Assembly (NCBI GenBank): GCA_036488815.1
Contig: DASXGX010000040.1
Location: forward strand, 50,447 to 114,446
Origin: Roseiarcus sp.
Lineage (GTDB): Bacteria > Pseudomonadota > Alphaproteobacteria > Rhizobiales > Beijerinckiaceae
Direction: 5' to 3'
DNA length: 64,000 bases
The position numbers were made by a program, and so were the translations under genes. The notes under the pieces are model-generated. The model was not told the DNA's origin, ran no database searches, and was given only the letters and a program-made list of their open reading frames with translations. Below are positions 41,645-57,207 of this stretch, piece after piece; positions within the stretch are counted from its first letter, which is position 1, and the number at the start of each line of letters is the position of its first letter.

Positions 41645-42721
41645 CTAAGAATTGCGGCGTGGGTACGGCGCCTGGGCCAAGGCGAGCAAAGCTTCGATTT
41701 CTTCCTTGCTCGTTTCGAACGAAGCGACGAGACGGATCAGCGTCTCGCCCTCGCGCGGACCCCGTTCCGGCGCAATCGAACGCGACGACCACGGGTGGAA
41801 CTTCGCTCCCGCCTCGCGCCAGCGCGCCGCGAGTTCGTTGGGCGCTACGGCGAACACCTCGTTCGCCTCGCTCGGCCACACGAGCCGAACGCCCGGCGCC
41901 TCGACGAGCCCCTTGGCGAGCCGCGCCGCCGACGCATTGGCGCGCCGCGCGAGGTCGAGCCACAGGCCGCCGCTCAAAAAGGCTTCCATCTGAGCGCCGA
42001 GAAACCGGCCCTTCGAGAGGGTCTGGCCCGCGCGCTTACGCTGGAAGACGAAGTTGGCGGCTTTGTCGAGATCGAAGAACACCACGGCCTCGCAAGCGAG
42101 CCCGCCGTTCTTGGTCGCGCCGAGCGACAAAACGTCAACGCCGGCGCGCCACGTCATGTCGGCGGGCGAGGCGTCGAGGGCGACCAGCGCGTTGGCGAAG
42201 CGGGCGCCGTCCATGTGCACGGCGACGCCCGCCTCATGCGCGATTCCGGCGAGCGCCTTGATCTCGTTCAGCCGATAGATCGTGCCCGCCTCGGTGGCCT
42301 GGCTGAGGGAAAGCGCGCCCGGCTGCGTCGTCTTGACCTGGCCGCGCGGAAAGCGCTCCAGCGTCTCGCGCAAGCCCTCCGGGGTAACCTTGCCGCCTTC
42401 TCCGGCGACGCCGACGAGCTTGGCGCCCGCAGTGAAGAGCTCGGGAGCGCCGCATTCGTCCTCGATGATATGCGCTTCTTCGTGGCAGAAGACCGCCTCC
42501 CACGGGCGCGTCAGGGCGCCCAGCGCCAGCGCGTTGGCGGCCGTGCCGGTGGCGACCAGAAAGGCGGCGACCGGACGCTCGAAGACCTCACTGAGCATCG
42601 CCTCGGCGCGCCGGGTGTAGTCGTCCGTTCCGTAGGCTGGCGCATTGACGCGGCTCGATTGGACGATCGCCTCGAGAATCGCCGGCGCAACGCCGGCCCC
42701 ATTGTCGCTCGCAAAATTCAT
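41645..42721 (-). CDS. ltaE: Low-specificity L-threonine aldolase
   Basis: MNFASDN, ATGTAANAL, HMDGARFANA, SLGATKNG. Confidence 0.9.
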   Translation of the reverse strand: MNFASDNGAGVAPAILEAIVQSSRVNAPAYGTDDYTRRAEAMLSEVFERPVAAFLVATGTAANALALGALTRPWEAVFCHEEAHIIEDECGAPELFTAGAKLVGVAGEGGKVTPEGLRETLERFPRGQVKTTQPGALSLSQATEAGTIYRLNEIKALAGIAHEAGVAVHMDGARFANALVALDASPADMTWRAGVDVLSLGATKNGGLACEAVVFFDLDKAANFVFQRKRAGQTLSKGRFLGAQMEAFLSGGLWLDLARRANASAARLAKGLVEAPGVRLVWPSEANEVFAVAPNELAARWREAGAKFHPWSSRSIAPERGPREGETLIRLVASFETSKEEIEALLALAQAPYPRRNS

Positions 42722-43090
42722 TTGCCTCGGCCCCGGTCGTTCGGCTTGATGTCGCCGGCCTGAATGCCCCGGCGGCGGCGGATTGGCAATCGCCCGATTT
42801 CGGAGCGATTACAAAAAACTTTTTTCGACGCGCGCTCGTGTCTTGTATCAGGAGAGTCTTTCTGGCATGTTCGTCAGAATTAGGACAGCCGTGCTGACCA
42901 TTTGAGGTTTGCCCGGCCATGGCGAAGAGCGATGTCGGACGCACCGATCAAAACGGATCGAAAAAAACGCGCCGCGTGAAGCCTGAACGGCTGCCACGCT
43001 ATCGCAGCCGCATGTTGTCCCAGTAACTGTCAGCAAATCTTTGACGAACCACGGTCGAAACGGAGCGCGACCGTGCGGGGGAGTGGAGAG

Positions 43091-47803
<4,713 letters not shown>

Positions 47804-47932
47804 GGCTTCGGCTCGGCGCTGAATTTGCGACGCGCCGAGAGGGAAATGAGGTTCACGAACGCCGGCGTTTCTCTTAACATCGGCGAAAACGAAACGCGGC
47901 GCGCGTGAACCTTAGAGCGCCGCCAACAAGCA

Positions 47933-48055
47933 GCCGCCTCGCTCCGGGGCGGCGACCACCCTCGCCGCGAGAGGGGCCGGTCAGGGTTTCATGCGATATG
48001 GGCCAGCGCGGGCGCAAAGCGCCCCGCCCCGGCCCTCCCCGCCTGGGGGAGGGGG
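47933..48055. repeat. Cluster of short palindromic repeats between gltB and gltD
   Basis: Hairpins GCCGCCTCGCTCCGGGGCGGC, CCCTCGCCGCGAGAGGG and CCCTCCCCGCCTGGGGGAGGG. Confidence 0.5.
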
Positions 48056-48066
48056 AAGGATAGAGT

Positions 48067-49485
48067 ATGGGAAAGGTGACGGGTTTTCTGGAAATCGATC
48101 GTGCAGATCGGCGCTATGCGCCCGCTTCGGACCGGATTCGCCACTATCGCGAGTTCGTGCTGCCGCTGTCGCAGGAGGCCACGCGCAACCAGGCGGCGCG
48201 CTGCATGAACTGCGGCATTCCGTTTTGCCATAACGGCTGCCCGGTCAACAACCAAATCCCCGACTGGAACGATCTCGTCTACCGCGACGACTGGCAGGAG
48301 GCGGCGCGCAACCTGCACAGCACCAACAATTTCCCCGAATTCACCGGGCGCGTCTGCCCTGCCCCGTGCGAAGCGGCCTGCACGCTGAACATCCAGGATA
48401 CGCCGGTCACCATCAAGACGATCGAATGTGCGATCGTCGACCGCGCTTTCGCCGAACACTGGATCATGCCTGAGCCCGCCGCACGCAAGACCAGCAAGCG
48501 CGTCGCCGTCGTCGGCTCGGGCCCGGCTGGGCTCGCCTGCGCCCAGCAACTCGCGCGCGTCGGCCACGAAGTGCACGTCTATGAGAAGCACGCCAAGGCC
48601 GGCGGTCTGCTGCGCTACGGCATTCCCGACTTCAAGCTCGAGAAGCACCACATCGACCGGCGCATCGAGCAGATGGAGGCGGAAGGCGTCGTTTTCCACA
48701 CCAACGTCACAGTCGGCCGCGACGTGAGCGCCAACTCGCTCGTCGATTCCTACGACGCCGTCGCGCTCGCCGGCGGCGCCGAAGCGCCGCGCGACCTGCC
48801 TGCGCCAGGGCGAGATTTGGCGGGCGTGCATTTCGCGATGGACTTCCTGCCGCAGCAGAACCGCCGCGTGTCGAACGAACAGATCGGCAGCAACGAGCCG
48901 ATTCTGGCCGGCGGCAAGCATGTCGTCGTCATTGGCGGCGGCGACACCGGGTCGGACTGCATCGGCACCTCGATCCGTCAGGGCGCGCTCAAGGTGACGC
49001 AGCTTGAAATCATGCCGACGCCGCCCGAGCGCGAGGACAAGATGCTGAACTGGCCGAATTGGCCGCTGAAGCTGCGCACGTCGTCGAGTCACGAGGAAGG
49101 CGCCGAGCGCGACTTCGCCGTGATGACGCGCGCCTTCACCGGCGAGAACGGCGTCGTCACGGGCATCGATTGCGTGCGGGTCGACGAGCGGATGCAGCCG
49201 ATCGCGGGGACCGACTTCCACATCAAGGCCGATCTCGTGCTGCTGGCGATGGGCTTCGTCTCGCCGGTGCGCGACGGCATGCTGAGCGAACTCGGCGTCT
49301 CGCTCGACGGGCGCGGCAACGTGGCCGCCGACGTCGTGCGCTACGCCTCGAGCCTCGACAAGGTGTTCGCCTGCGGCGACATGCGGCGTGGCCAGTCGCT
49401 CGTCGTGTGGGCGATTCGCGAAGGGCGGCAATGCGCGGCGTCGATCGACCAGGCGCTCATGGGCTCGACGATTCTGCCGCGCTGA
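48067..49485 (+). CDS. gltD: Glutamate synthase small subunit
   Basis: [34 protein letters not shown]. Confidence 0.98.
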   Translation: MGKVTGFLEIDRADRRYAPASDRIRHYREFVLPLSQEATRNQAARCMNCGIPFCHNGCPVNNQIPDWNDLVYRDDWQEAARNLHSTNNFPEFTGRVCPAPCEAACTLNIQDTPVTIKTIECAIVDRAFAEHWIMPEPAARKTSKRVAVVGSGPAGLACAQQLARVGHEVHVYEKHAKAGGLLRYGIPDFKLEKHHIDRRIEQMEAEGVVFHTNVTVGRDVSANSLVDSYDAVALAGGAEAPRDLPAPGRDLAGVHFAMDFLPQQNRRVSNEQIGSNEPILAGGKHVVVIGGGDTGSDCIGTSIRQGALKVTQLEIMPTPPEREDKMLNWPNWPLKLRTSSSHEEGAERDFAVMTRAFTGENGVVTGIDCVRVDERMQPIAGTDFHIKADLVLLAMGFVSPVRDGMLSELGVSLDGRGNVAADVVRYASSLDKVFACGDMRRGQSLVVWAIREGRQCAASIDQALMGSTILPR

Positions 49486-49525
49486 GCGTGGCGGCTATCC
49501 CCATCTCCACGCAGCTACGGCATGC

Positions 49526-49975
49526 TCAAAGTAGGCTCGCCGGCTTCTGACTGCGCACGACCATCACCGTGCAGCTCGCGTGGCGAACGATCGCCGCGGC
49601 GGTCGAGCCGAGGAGGTAGCTGGCCATCGAGCGCTTGTGGGCGCCCACGATGACAAGATCGGCGCCCCATTCCTCGGCCTCGGCGAGAATTTCCGGATAG
49701 ACGCCGCCGACCCTGACCACGGTCGAGACCGCTTCGCCCGGCCGAACGAGGCTGGCGGCGACCCGCTCGAGTTCGGCTTTCTCGGCGACGCCGAGATTGT
49801 CGTAGACGGTCTGCGGGATGACCGCCATCGGCGAGGCGACGACGATCGGGCTCGCGACATGGATGAGGCGGAGCTCGGAATTGTAAGTCTTGGCCAAGCT
49901 CGCGGCGACCTTGCTCGCCTCCTTGGCGACCTCCGCCTCGCTGATGTCGATGGGCAGCAGGATCTTGAGAAACAT
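49526..49975 (-). CDS. Universal stress protein
   Basis: KILLPID, ADLVIVGAH, LLGSTAAAIVRHASC. Confidence 0.9.
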   Translation of the reverse strand: MFLKILLPIDISEAEVAKEASKVAASLAKTYNSELRLIHVASPIVVASPMAVIPQTVYDNLGVAEKAELERVAASLVRPGEAVSTVVRVGGVYPEILAEAEEWGADLVIVGAHKRSMASYLLGSTAAAIVRHASCTVMVVRSQKPASLL

Positions 49976-50167
49976 GGGGCATACTCCACGCCGCAACAAC
50001 TTCGGCTCCGAGGATGACACGACGAGGGGGCCGATCCTTGACGCGGCTAAAAAAACCGCCCGATCGTCGGCGGCTCGAGGCTTGCCACCGCCACGCGGGC
50101 GCCGCAACATAGCGCGCCGCCATCGGCTCTTTTTGAGAGGAGCCCGAGCCGGCCAGGGAGGAACGGT

Positions 50168-51367
50168 ATGAAGACGGGATGGCCGCTCGCCGGCGCGCTG
50201 TGCGCGTATTTTTTCGCCGCAAATGCATATGCCGACGCCAATAAGGTGGTGATCGGCGACATCGACGACATGTCGGGCCCCTACGCTGACGTGATCGGCG
50301 CAGGGGGCATCGACGCCATCAAGATGGCGATCCAGGATTTCGGCGGCTCGGCGCTCGGGAAGCCGATCGAAGTGCTGACGACCGACCACCAGAACAAACC
50401 CGACGTCGGCGTGCAGAAGTTCCGCGAATGGGCGGACGAGAACGGCCTGACGATGGTGCTGGGCGGTTCGAACACCGGCGTGAGCCTCGCGATGAGCGCC
50501 GCGGCCAAGGAGAAGAAGGTCCCCTTCTTCGCCATCGGCGCCGCGGGCGCTTCGCTCACCGGCAAGGATTGCACGCCCTATACGATCCATTACGGCTACG
50601 ACACGACGGCGCTCGCCAACGGCACCGCGAAGACCATCCTCGCCCAAGGCGGCAAGTCGTGGTTCTTCCTGACGGCGGACTACGCCTTCGGCACGCAGTT
50701 GCAAAACGCCGCCGCCGACATCGTCAAGGCGGGCGGCGGCACGGTCGTCGGCTCGGTGCGCGTGCCGCTCGGCACGACGGACTTCGCCTCCTACCTGTTG
50801 CAGGCGCAGGGCGCCAACGCGCAGGTTCTCGGCCTCGCCAACGCCGGCACCGACTTCTCCAATTCATTGAAAGCCGCCAATGAATTCGGCATCGCGAAAA
50901 CGATGAAACCCGCCGCCCTGCTCGCCTTCCTCACCGACATCAACGCGATCGGCCTCGAAGCCGCGCAGGGCCTCTATCTCACCGCCGGCTGGTACTGGGA
51001 CCTCGACGACAAGTCGCGCGCCTTCGCCAAGCGATTCTTCGACAAGGTCCATCGCGAGCCGACCTTCCCGCAGGCGGCGTATTATTCTGCGACGCTCACC
51101 TACCTCAACGCGGTCAAGGCGGTCGGCTCCACCGATCCCGACAAGGTCATGGCGGAACTGCACAAGACCAAGGTCGACGACATGTTCACCTCCAACGGCG
51201 TGATCCGGGCGGACGGCCTGCTGGAGCACGACATGTACATCATGCAGGTGAAGACGCCTGCGGAGTCCAAGGCCCCGTGGGACTACTACAAGCTCGTCCA
51301 GACAATGAAGGGCGAGGACGCGTACGGCAAGCTCGCCGACTCCGCCTGCCCTCTCGTGAAGAAGTGA
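50168..51367 (+). CDS. Orphan Liv-type ABC substrate-binding protein
   Basis: Signal peptide; IDDMSGPYAD, DHQNKPD, FLTADYAFG. Confidence 0.88.
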   Translation: MKTGWPLAGALCAYFFAANAYADANKVVIGDIDDMSGPYADVIGAGGIDAIKMAIQDFGGSALGKPIEVLTTDHQNKPDVGVQKFREWADENGLTMVLGGSNTGVSLAMSAAAKEKKVPFFAIGAAGASLTGKDCTPYTIHYGYDTTALANGTAKTILAQGGKSWFFLTADYAFGTQLQNAAADIVKAGGGTVVGSVRVPLGTTDFASYLLQAQGANAQVLGLANAGTDFSNSLKAANEFGIAKTMKPAALLAFLTDINAIGLEAAQGLYLTAGWYWDLDDKSRAFAKRFFDKVHREPTFPQAAYYSATLTYLNAVKAVGSTDPDKVMAELHKTKVDDMFTSNGVIRADGLLEHDMYIMQVKTPAESKAPWDYYKLVQTMKGEDAYGKLADSACPLVKK

Positions 51368-51538
51368 CCCCCGGCGCGCCCGCCCCCGCGGGCGCGCTTT
51401 TCGGCCAGCGCAATCCCCGCCCGCAATCAGGCTTAACACTTTGTTTGCGCTGACTTTAGTTTGGCGAACGAAGAGTGAAAAAGAACGGTAAACGTCTTCC
51501 AATCCCGCTCGCCGGAGCTGGGCCAGGAGGATATTTTC

Positions 51539-52150
51539 GTGCGCCGCATTGCTCTTTCGTATTCCGCTTTTGCTCTTAGCCTTGCGCTCGCAGCTTCCAG
51601 CGCGCGCGCGGATGGATTGTACCCTGTATTCACAGGACCCAACGGCGCCGATTTTTCCGGCTTCGAAGTCGGGCCGGATGTCGGCCTGGGCTTGGGGACC
51701 GCAAGCTCGGCGAGCGTGTCCGGGCCAGTTGGCGGCGCGCATCTCGGCTACAACCTGCAGACCGGCCGCATCGTCGGCGGCGTCGAGGGAGACGTGATGT
51801 TCAGCGGCATGTCGAGCGGCTCGTTCGGCTCCGCCTCGTTCGGTCAGGATGTCCTTGGCTCGGCGCGCGTCAAGGGCGGCTATTCCTTCGGCGACATAAT
51901 GGCCTACGGCACGATCGGCTGGGCGTGGTCGAACACGAGCTTCCAGGACCTCGGCGTGACCAGCAGCGAGACGGTCAAAGGCTTGGCTTTCGGCCTCGGC
52001 GCCGAATACGCGATCACGCGCAACTTTTCGGTGCGCGCCGAATACCTGCGTTATGACTTCGGCAACGCCAACTACGTGACGCCGGCCTCCGCGCAGACGA
52101 TCAACACCTCAACCAATCTGCTGCGCATCGGCGGCAGCGTCCATTTCTGA
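51539..52150 (+). CDS. Omp25/RopB-like outer-membrane beta-barrel protein
   Basis: Signal peptide; GAHLGYN, GAEYAIT, VRAEYLRYDFG, terminal Phe. Confidence 0.85.
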   Translation: MRRIALSYSAFALSLALAASSARADGLYPVFTGPNGADFSGFEVGPDVGLGLGTASSASVSGPVGGAHLGYNLQTGRIVGGVEGDVMFSGMSSGSFGSASFGQDVLGSARVKGGYSFGDIMAYGTIGWAWSNTSFQDLGVTSSETVKGLAFGLGAEYAITRNFSVRAEYLRYDFGNANYVTPASAQTINTSTNLLRIGGSVHF

Positions 52151-52155
52151 AAGCT

Positions 52156-53247
52156 TTAACGGCCGGTTTGCGCGCGATGGCGCAGAAACGCGTCGGCGAG
52201 CACGCAGGCGACCATCGCCTCGCCGACCGGCACGGCGCGAATGCCGACGCAAGGGTCGTGTCGACCCTTGGTCAGGATGTCGACCTCCTCCCCGCCGCGC
52301 GTCACCGTGCGGCGCGGCGTCAAGATCGACGAGGTCGGCTTGACGGCGAAACGCGCGACGATCGGCTGGCCGGTCGAGATGCCGCCGAGCACGCCGCCAG
52401 CGTGATTGGAGAGGAACAATGGCTTGCCGTCATTGCCCATGCGCATTTCGTCCGCATTGTCCTCGCCCGAAAGCTCGGCGGCGGCGAATCCGTCGCCGAT
52501 CTCGACGCCCTTGACGGCGTTGACGCTCATCAAAGCGCTTGCGATTTCGCTATCGAGCTTGCCGTAGATCGGCGCGCCCCAGCCGGCCGGCGCGCCCTCG
52601 GCGACGACTTCCACCACAGCGCCGATCGAAGAGCCAGACTTGCGCACTTCGTCGAGATAATCGGCGAAACGGGCGGCGGCCTCCGCGTCGGGACAGAAGA
52701 ACGGATTGCGCTTCGTCTCCTCCCAGTCCCAGCGGGAACGGTCTATTTTCAACTTGCCCATTTGCACCAGCGCGGCACGGATCGTGACGCCCGGGATCAC
52801 CTTGCGGGCGATGGCGCCGGCGGCGACCCGCGTCGCTGTTTCGCGCGCCGAGGAGCGCCCGCCGCCGCGATAGTCGCGGATGCCGTATTTGGCGTCGTAG
52901 ACATAGTCGGCGTGGCCGGGGCGGTATTTGTCTTTGATGTCGCCGTAGTCCTTGGAGCGCTGATCGATGTTTTCGATGTAAATCGCGATCGGCGTTCCCG
53001 TCGTCACTTGGCGACCGCTCGCTTCGTCGAGCATCACGCCTGAAAGGATGCGCGCTTCGTCGGTTTCGCGCCTCTGGGTGGTGAAACGCGAAGAGCCTGG
53101 ACGGCGCCGATCGAGATCGGCTTGGATGTCCGCAACCTCAACAGGAATCAACGGCGGGCAGCCGTCGACGACGCAGCCGATTCCCACCCCATGACTCTCG
53201 CCGAAGGTTGTTACGCGGAAGAGATGGCCGAAGGTATTGTGAGACAT
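52156..53247 (-). CDS. aroC: Chorismate synthase
   Basis: [27 protein letters not shown]. Confidence 0.98.
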   Translation of the reverse strand: MSHNTFGHLFRVTTFGESHGVGIGCVVDGCPPLIPVEVADIQADLDRRRPGSSRFTTQRRETDEARILSGVMLDEASGRQVTTGTPIAIYIENIDQRSKDYGDIKDKYRPGHADYVYDAKYGIRDYRGGGRSSARETATRVAAGAIARKVIPGVTIRAALVQMGKLKIDRSRWDWEETKRNPFFCPDAEAAARFADYLDEVRKSGSSIGAVVEVVAEGAPAGWGAPIYGKLDSEIASALMSVNAVKGVEIGDGFAAAELSGEDNADEMRMGNDGKPLFLSNHAGGVLGGISTGQPIVARFAVKPTSSILTPRRTVTRGGEEVDILTKGRHDPCVGIRAVPVGEAMVACVLADAFLRHRAQTGR

Positions 53248-53387
53248 GTGCAAAACCCCGACGGCTTCTTACGAAGCCGCCAACGCGGCGTCAAACACGC
53301 GGGATTGTTCATCATCAATTCATGTTGGATTGTCCATTGAATGTAGGAGTCCCACGCATGTCGAAGACTCGCAACGGAGAAACAAAA

Positions 53388-53630
53388 ATGCTGAAGAAGC
53401 TTGCCGCTATCGGCCTGGGGGCCGCTCTCATCCTCGCGCCGGTCGCCTCGATGGCGCAGACCTCGACCGACACCAACGCTGCTCCGGCTGCGGCCCCGGC
53501 CGACCAGGGCACGATGAAAGCTCCCGCGCCGAAGAAGCACAGGATGAAGAAGCACACCACCAAGAAGCACATGGCCAAGAAGCCGGCTGCGGCTCCGGCC
53601 CCGGCTGCGACCGAGGCGCCGAAGTCGTAA
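53388..53630 (+). CDS. Small exported Lys/His/Ala-rich protein (Asr-like composition)
   Basis: GGAG RBS, signal peptide MLKKLAAIGLGAALILAPVASMA, KKH repeats, own terminator. Confidence 0.75.
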   Translation: MLKKLAAIGLGAALILAPVASMAQTSTDTNAAPAAAPADQGTMKAPAPKKHRMKKHTTKKHMAKKPAAAPAPAATEAPKS

Positions 53631-53667
53631 TTTCGGAACGCTGCCGGCGCGTTCAGCCAAATGATCG

Positions 53668-53709
53668 ACGGCCGCCGCCGCTTGCCAAAGCGGGGCGGCC
53701 GTTTTCTTT
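53668..53709 (+). terminator. Rho-independent terminator
   Basis: ACGGCCGCC...GGCGGCCGT stem followed by TTTCTTT. Confidence 0.7.
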
Positions 53710-53725
53710 GAGAGCAGCAGCCGCG

Positions 53726-54322
53726 ATGCCGCAGATCGAGTTTTGGTACGAGTTCGCCAGCACCTACTCCTACCCCGCCGCAATGCGCATCGACGCCCTT
53801 GCCGTAGCGCGGGGCGTATCGGTCGCGTGGAGGCCCTTTCTGCTCGGGCCATTGTTCGCCGGACAGGGCTGGCGCGATTCGCCGTTCAACCTCTATCCCG
53901 CCAAGGGTCGCTACATGTGGCGCGACTTGGAGCGAGTCTGCGCCGCTCTCGACCTACCATTCCGACGGCCTGAACCCTTCCCGCAAAACAGCCTGCTCGC
54001 GGCGCGCGTCGCGCTGGTCCTCGACGATCCGGCGCGGGCTGAATTTTCCCGCGCGGTCTATCGCGCACAGTTCGCCGAGGGACGGCAGATCGCCGAGCCT
54101 GCGACCCTCGCGGATGCGCTGCGCGCCGCGGGCGTCGCGCCCGATTACGCGCTTTCGCTGGCCCAGACGCCGGCGAACAAGGAGCGGCTGAAAGCCGAGA
54201 CCGCCCGCGCCATGAGCCTCGGCGTACCCGGCGCGCCCGCAGCGGTGACGGCGGACGGCGAGATCTTCTGGGGCAACGACCGGCTGGAGACCGCCCTGGA
54301 TTGGGCGGCTGCGCGCGCCTAG
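53726..54322 (+). CDS. 2-hydroxychromene-2-carboxylate isomerase-like DsbA/GST-kappa protein
   Basis: FWYEFASTYSY, WRPFLLG, KGRYMWRDL, FWGNDRL. Confidence 0.88.
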   Translation: MPQIEFWYEFASTYSYPAAMRIDALAVARGVSVAWRPFLLGPLFAGQGWRDSPFNLYPAKGRYMWRDLERVCAALDLPFRRPEPFPQNSLLAARVALVLDDPARAEFSRAVYRAQFAEGRQIAEPATLADALRAAGVAPDYALSLAQTPANKERLKAETARAMSLGVPGAPAAVTADGEIFWGNDRLETALDWAAARA

Positions 54323-54502
54323 GGCCTGCGACGAAGGAATGGCCACCGGTTTTTCGCCAAACGCGCGGTCTTAGACCAGAGCCCGCTGCAAAAGCGGGCC
54401 GCCGGCGCCTCCGACCAGGGTGCGACAATGAAACACTCTTGATCGCGCCGCGATTCGAGTACGGTCGTCGCCGGCGGCGCATTGGGCCGCCTTGCATGGA
54501 GA

Positions 54503-54982
54503 ATGGAGACCGCAGTGCCAAGGCGAGGTTCCTTGACGAGCCGAAGTGCGAGCACGCGTCTGCGTAACTTCGTCGATCCAATCGGCAATCTGCTGTCCGA
54601 GGCGTTTCACCTGCTGGGTCTGTTCGCGATTGGCGCAGCGACGGTTTGGGCCGCCGTTTTCGCTTTCACCGACATGCTCGCCAAGGGCCACCCGATGCTC
54701 GAGGATCTCCTGCTGCTCTTCATCTACCTGGAGATCGGCTCGATGGTCGGCATCTACTTCAAGACCAAGCACTTACCGGTGCGCTTCCTCATCTATGTCG
54801 GCATTACCGCGCTCACGCGACACTTGATCATCGTCGTTCAGAGAGAGCCGGCGCCCGACGAAGGCGTTCTTATCCTCGCCGGCGCCACGCTCGTCATGGC
54901 GGTCGCCGTGCTCATCGTGCGCTTCGCGTCGTTTCACTACCCCAGCGAAAGCGATAAGTCAGACGAGACGGTGGACCCGTGA
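54503..54982 (+). CDS. PsiE-family membrane protein
   Basis: DLLLLFIYLEIGSMVGIYFKT.HLPVRFLIYVGITALTR. Confidence 0.8.
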   Translation: METAVPRRGSLTSRSASTRLRNFVDPIGNLLSEAFHLLGLFAIGAATVWAAVFAFTDMLAKGHPMLEDLLLLFIYLEIGSMVGIYFKTKHLPVRFLIYVGITALTRHLIIVVQREPAPDEGVLILAGATLVMAVAVLIVRFASFHYPSESDKSDETVDP

Positions 54983-55078
54983 CCACGCTGGTATTGCCGC
55001 CACACTCCCCACGTGCGATACGTAAATTGTAAGACAACCGTAGCAACGGGCACAGAAAAGCGCCTCGGGAGGAGGAAT

Positions 55079-55453
55079 ATGACCGGCCTCTTGAGCGTAT
55101 TGGAGCCGCTGTCCGTACTGAGGATCGCCTGCGGCCTGTTCTTCATCCCGCATGTATGGGGAAAGCTTCAGTTCCCTCCGCCGTTGGTCGAGTTCTTTGA
55201 GCAAGCGGGGCTGAAGCCGGCGAAGGCGTTCATGCTGCTCGCGTGCGCGGTCGAGGCCGTCGCGGCGACGGCGCTGATCTGCAATCTGTTCACGCCGGCG
55301 GCAGCCATGCTGGCTGCGGCCAATCTGGCTGTCGCAACCATTTGCCTCTATCGAGTCCGAGGATTTCTTTGGATCTGGAACAGCGGCGGCTTCGAATTCC
55401 CGCTGTTCTGGGGCCTCGTGCTGCTCGTGGTCGCACGCGTTTATTCGGCTTGA
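55079..55453 (+). CDS. DoxX-family membrane protein
   Basis: LRIACGLFFIPH, WNSGGFEFPLFW; GGAGG RBS. Confidence 0.85.
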   Translation: MTGLLSVLEPLSVLRIACGLFFIPHVWGKLQFPPPLVEFFEQAGLKPAKAFMLLACAVEAVAATALICNLFTPAAAMLAAANLAVATICLYRVRGFLWIWNSGGFEFPLFWGLVLLVVARVYSA

Positions 55454-55519
55454 AATCATAACCGGCGATCGGCAGCGCCCGCCGCAATATCTTGCCATTG
55501 ATGACATTGATAGGGAGGT

Positions 55520-56245
55520 ATGGAGATGCCTGGGACGGAACAGCATATCGTTGTGGTTGGGGGAACGTCCGGCATCGGGCTGGCGGTGGCGAAGGCGGCG
55601 TATGCGCGCGGTCAGCGTGTCACGATCGCTGGTCGAGGCGCAGATCGCGCTGCGGAGATCGCGAGCTCGATCGGCCCGGAGGCGCGCGGCGCCCACGTCG
55701 ATCTGGCGGATCTCGCCTCGATCCATGCGGCGCTGGCGGACGGGCCGGCCATTGATCATCTGGTGCTGACGGCGATCCATCGACTCGCGACCAGCGTGAA
55801 GGATTTCAATTCCGCCGAGGCTGCCCGACTCGCGCAGGTCAAGCTCACCGGCTACGTCGAGGCCGTCAGCGTCGCCTTGCCGCGACTGAAACCGACGTCT
55901 TCGATCGTGCTGTTCGGCGGACTCGCCAAGGCGAACCCCTATGTCGGCTCGACGATGATCTCGATCGTCAATGGCGGCATCGTGGGCATGACGAGAACGA
56001 TGGCGGTCGAGCTGTCGCCGATCCGGGTCAATTGCATTTCGCCTGGCTTGGTGCCCGATTCGCCAGTTTGGGAGCGCGCCATCAAGCAGGGGGCGACCGC
56101 CGTCGTCGACGCCATGGCCGCCCGCACGCCCGCGCGACGGCTGGCGTCGACCGGGGACATCGTTCACGCCGTGCTCTTTCTGCTCGATAATCGCGCCGTG
56201 AACGGAATCGACCTGGAGATCGACGGCGGCATCCAGTTGGTTTGA
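55520..56245 (+). CDS. SDR-family oxidoreductase
   Basis: GGTSGIG, RVNCISPG, IDGG. Confidence 0.85.
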   Translation: MEMPGTEQHIVVVGGTSGIGLAVAKAAYARGQRVTIAGRGADRAAEIASSIGPEARGAHVDLADLASIHAALADGPAIDHLVLTAIHRLATSVKDFNSAEAARLAQVKLTGYVEAVSVALPRLKPTSSIVLFGGLAKANPYVGSTMISIVNGGIVGMTRTMAVELSPIRVNCISPGLVPDSPVWERAIKQGATAVVDAMAARTPARRLASTGDIVHAVLFLLDNRAVNGIDLEIDGGIQLV

Positions 56246-56268
56246 CGCGGTTCGATTTGGGGGAGGCC

Positions 56269-57144
56269 CTACCCCGCCAGACAGCACTTCTTGTATTTCT
56301 TGCCGCTGCCGCAGGGGCATGGGTCGTTCCGGCCGACATCGCGCAGCGGATTGACGTAGGGAGACCCCAACGCCGCCCAGTGATGTTCTTTGTCCTCCTC
56401 GTCCCATCCGACCGCCGAAGTCCAGGACGACAAGGTCTCGATTGCGTTGGCGAAGGGGCGAACGTCCTCGGCTTCGAAACCTCCGAGTCCCGCCGGGTCC
56501 TCACGCGCCGCGCGCGATTGACGATCGAAGTCTGCGAGCGTGAAATCGACGATGCCGATCCATTCGTCCTTGTTCAAGGTCGCGACGTCGAGACGCAGAT
56601 CCTCATAACCGAGGTTTGCGGCGGTCGCCGCCCAGGCGGTCCAGAGGTAGGACTCGCCGCGCGGCTTCATTTCTCGGCGCAAGGCGCGCAAATACGCCAG
56701 CATCTCGGCGTCGCTGAGCGCGCCGCGCGTGCGCGCGAGATAGCCTAGCGCCTCGAGCGCCGACGCACGAGCGAATTCGTCGCCTTTCTCCGCCTCGATC
56801 GCCCGCTTGAGCGGCTCCGGATCGCCGTCATAGACGCTGACGAGGACGCCGGTCAGCGTCTCCGTCACACCGTCGCCGAGCATCTCCGCGATGGTGTCGT
56901 CGTTGGCGATGAGTTCGCAAAGGGGCGCATAGGCGCGCTCTTCGTGTTTTTCGCCGCAGAGATGGACAATGTAAAAGAGCGCGTCCATCGCGGCGTCGGC
57001 TCGGTTGGCGCCCGCCGCAAAGGCCCGCAACCGCGCAATGAAACGCGGGGCCGCCTCGCTCCAATTGTCCAGCGCCCATTGCATCGTGGCCGCTGGAAAT
57101 TCCTCGCTTTCTGAAAATTGGCGCAGCGCCTCGTCAACGTTCAT
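56269..57144 (-). CDS. DUF1186-like protein with C-terminal SEC-C motif
   Basis: Ends in [19 protein letters not shown]; body resembles DUF1186 ([18 protein letters not shown]). Confidence 0.8.
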   Translation of the reverse strand: MNVDEALRQFSESEEFPAATMQWALDNWSEAAPRFIARLRAFAAGANRADAAMDALFYIVHLCGEKHEERAYAPLCELIANDDTIAEMLGDGVTETLTGVLVSVYDGDPEPLKRAIEAEKGDEFARASALEALGYLARTRGALSDAEMLAYLRALRREMKPRGESYLWTAWAATAANLGYEDLRLDVATLNKDEWIGIVDFTLADFDRQSRAAREDPAGLGGFEAEDVRPFANAIETLSSWTSAVGWDEEDKEHHWAALGSPYVNPLRDVGRNDPCPCGSGKKYKKCCLAG

Positions 57145-57207
57145 CGTCGCCGTTTCTCCGCATCGATCCGAGCCATCCCTGACGGAACCCGACGCCGCGC
57201 GCAACCC

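Noticed and set aside
51420-51538. CtrA site upstream of the Omp25-like gene
   Set aside because: Only a TTAAC half-site is present.
54400-54502. Pho box upstream of the PsiE-like gene
   Set aside because: No convincing pair of CTGTCAT-like heptamers.
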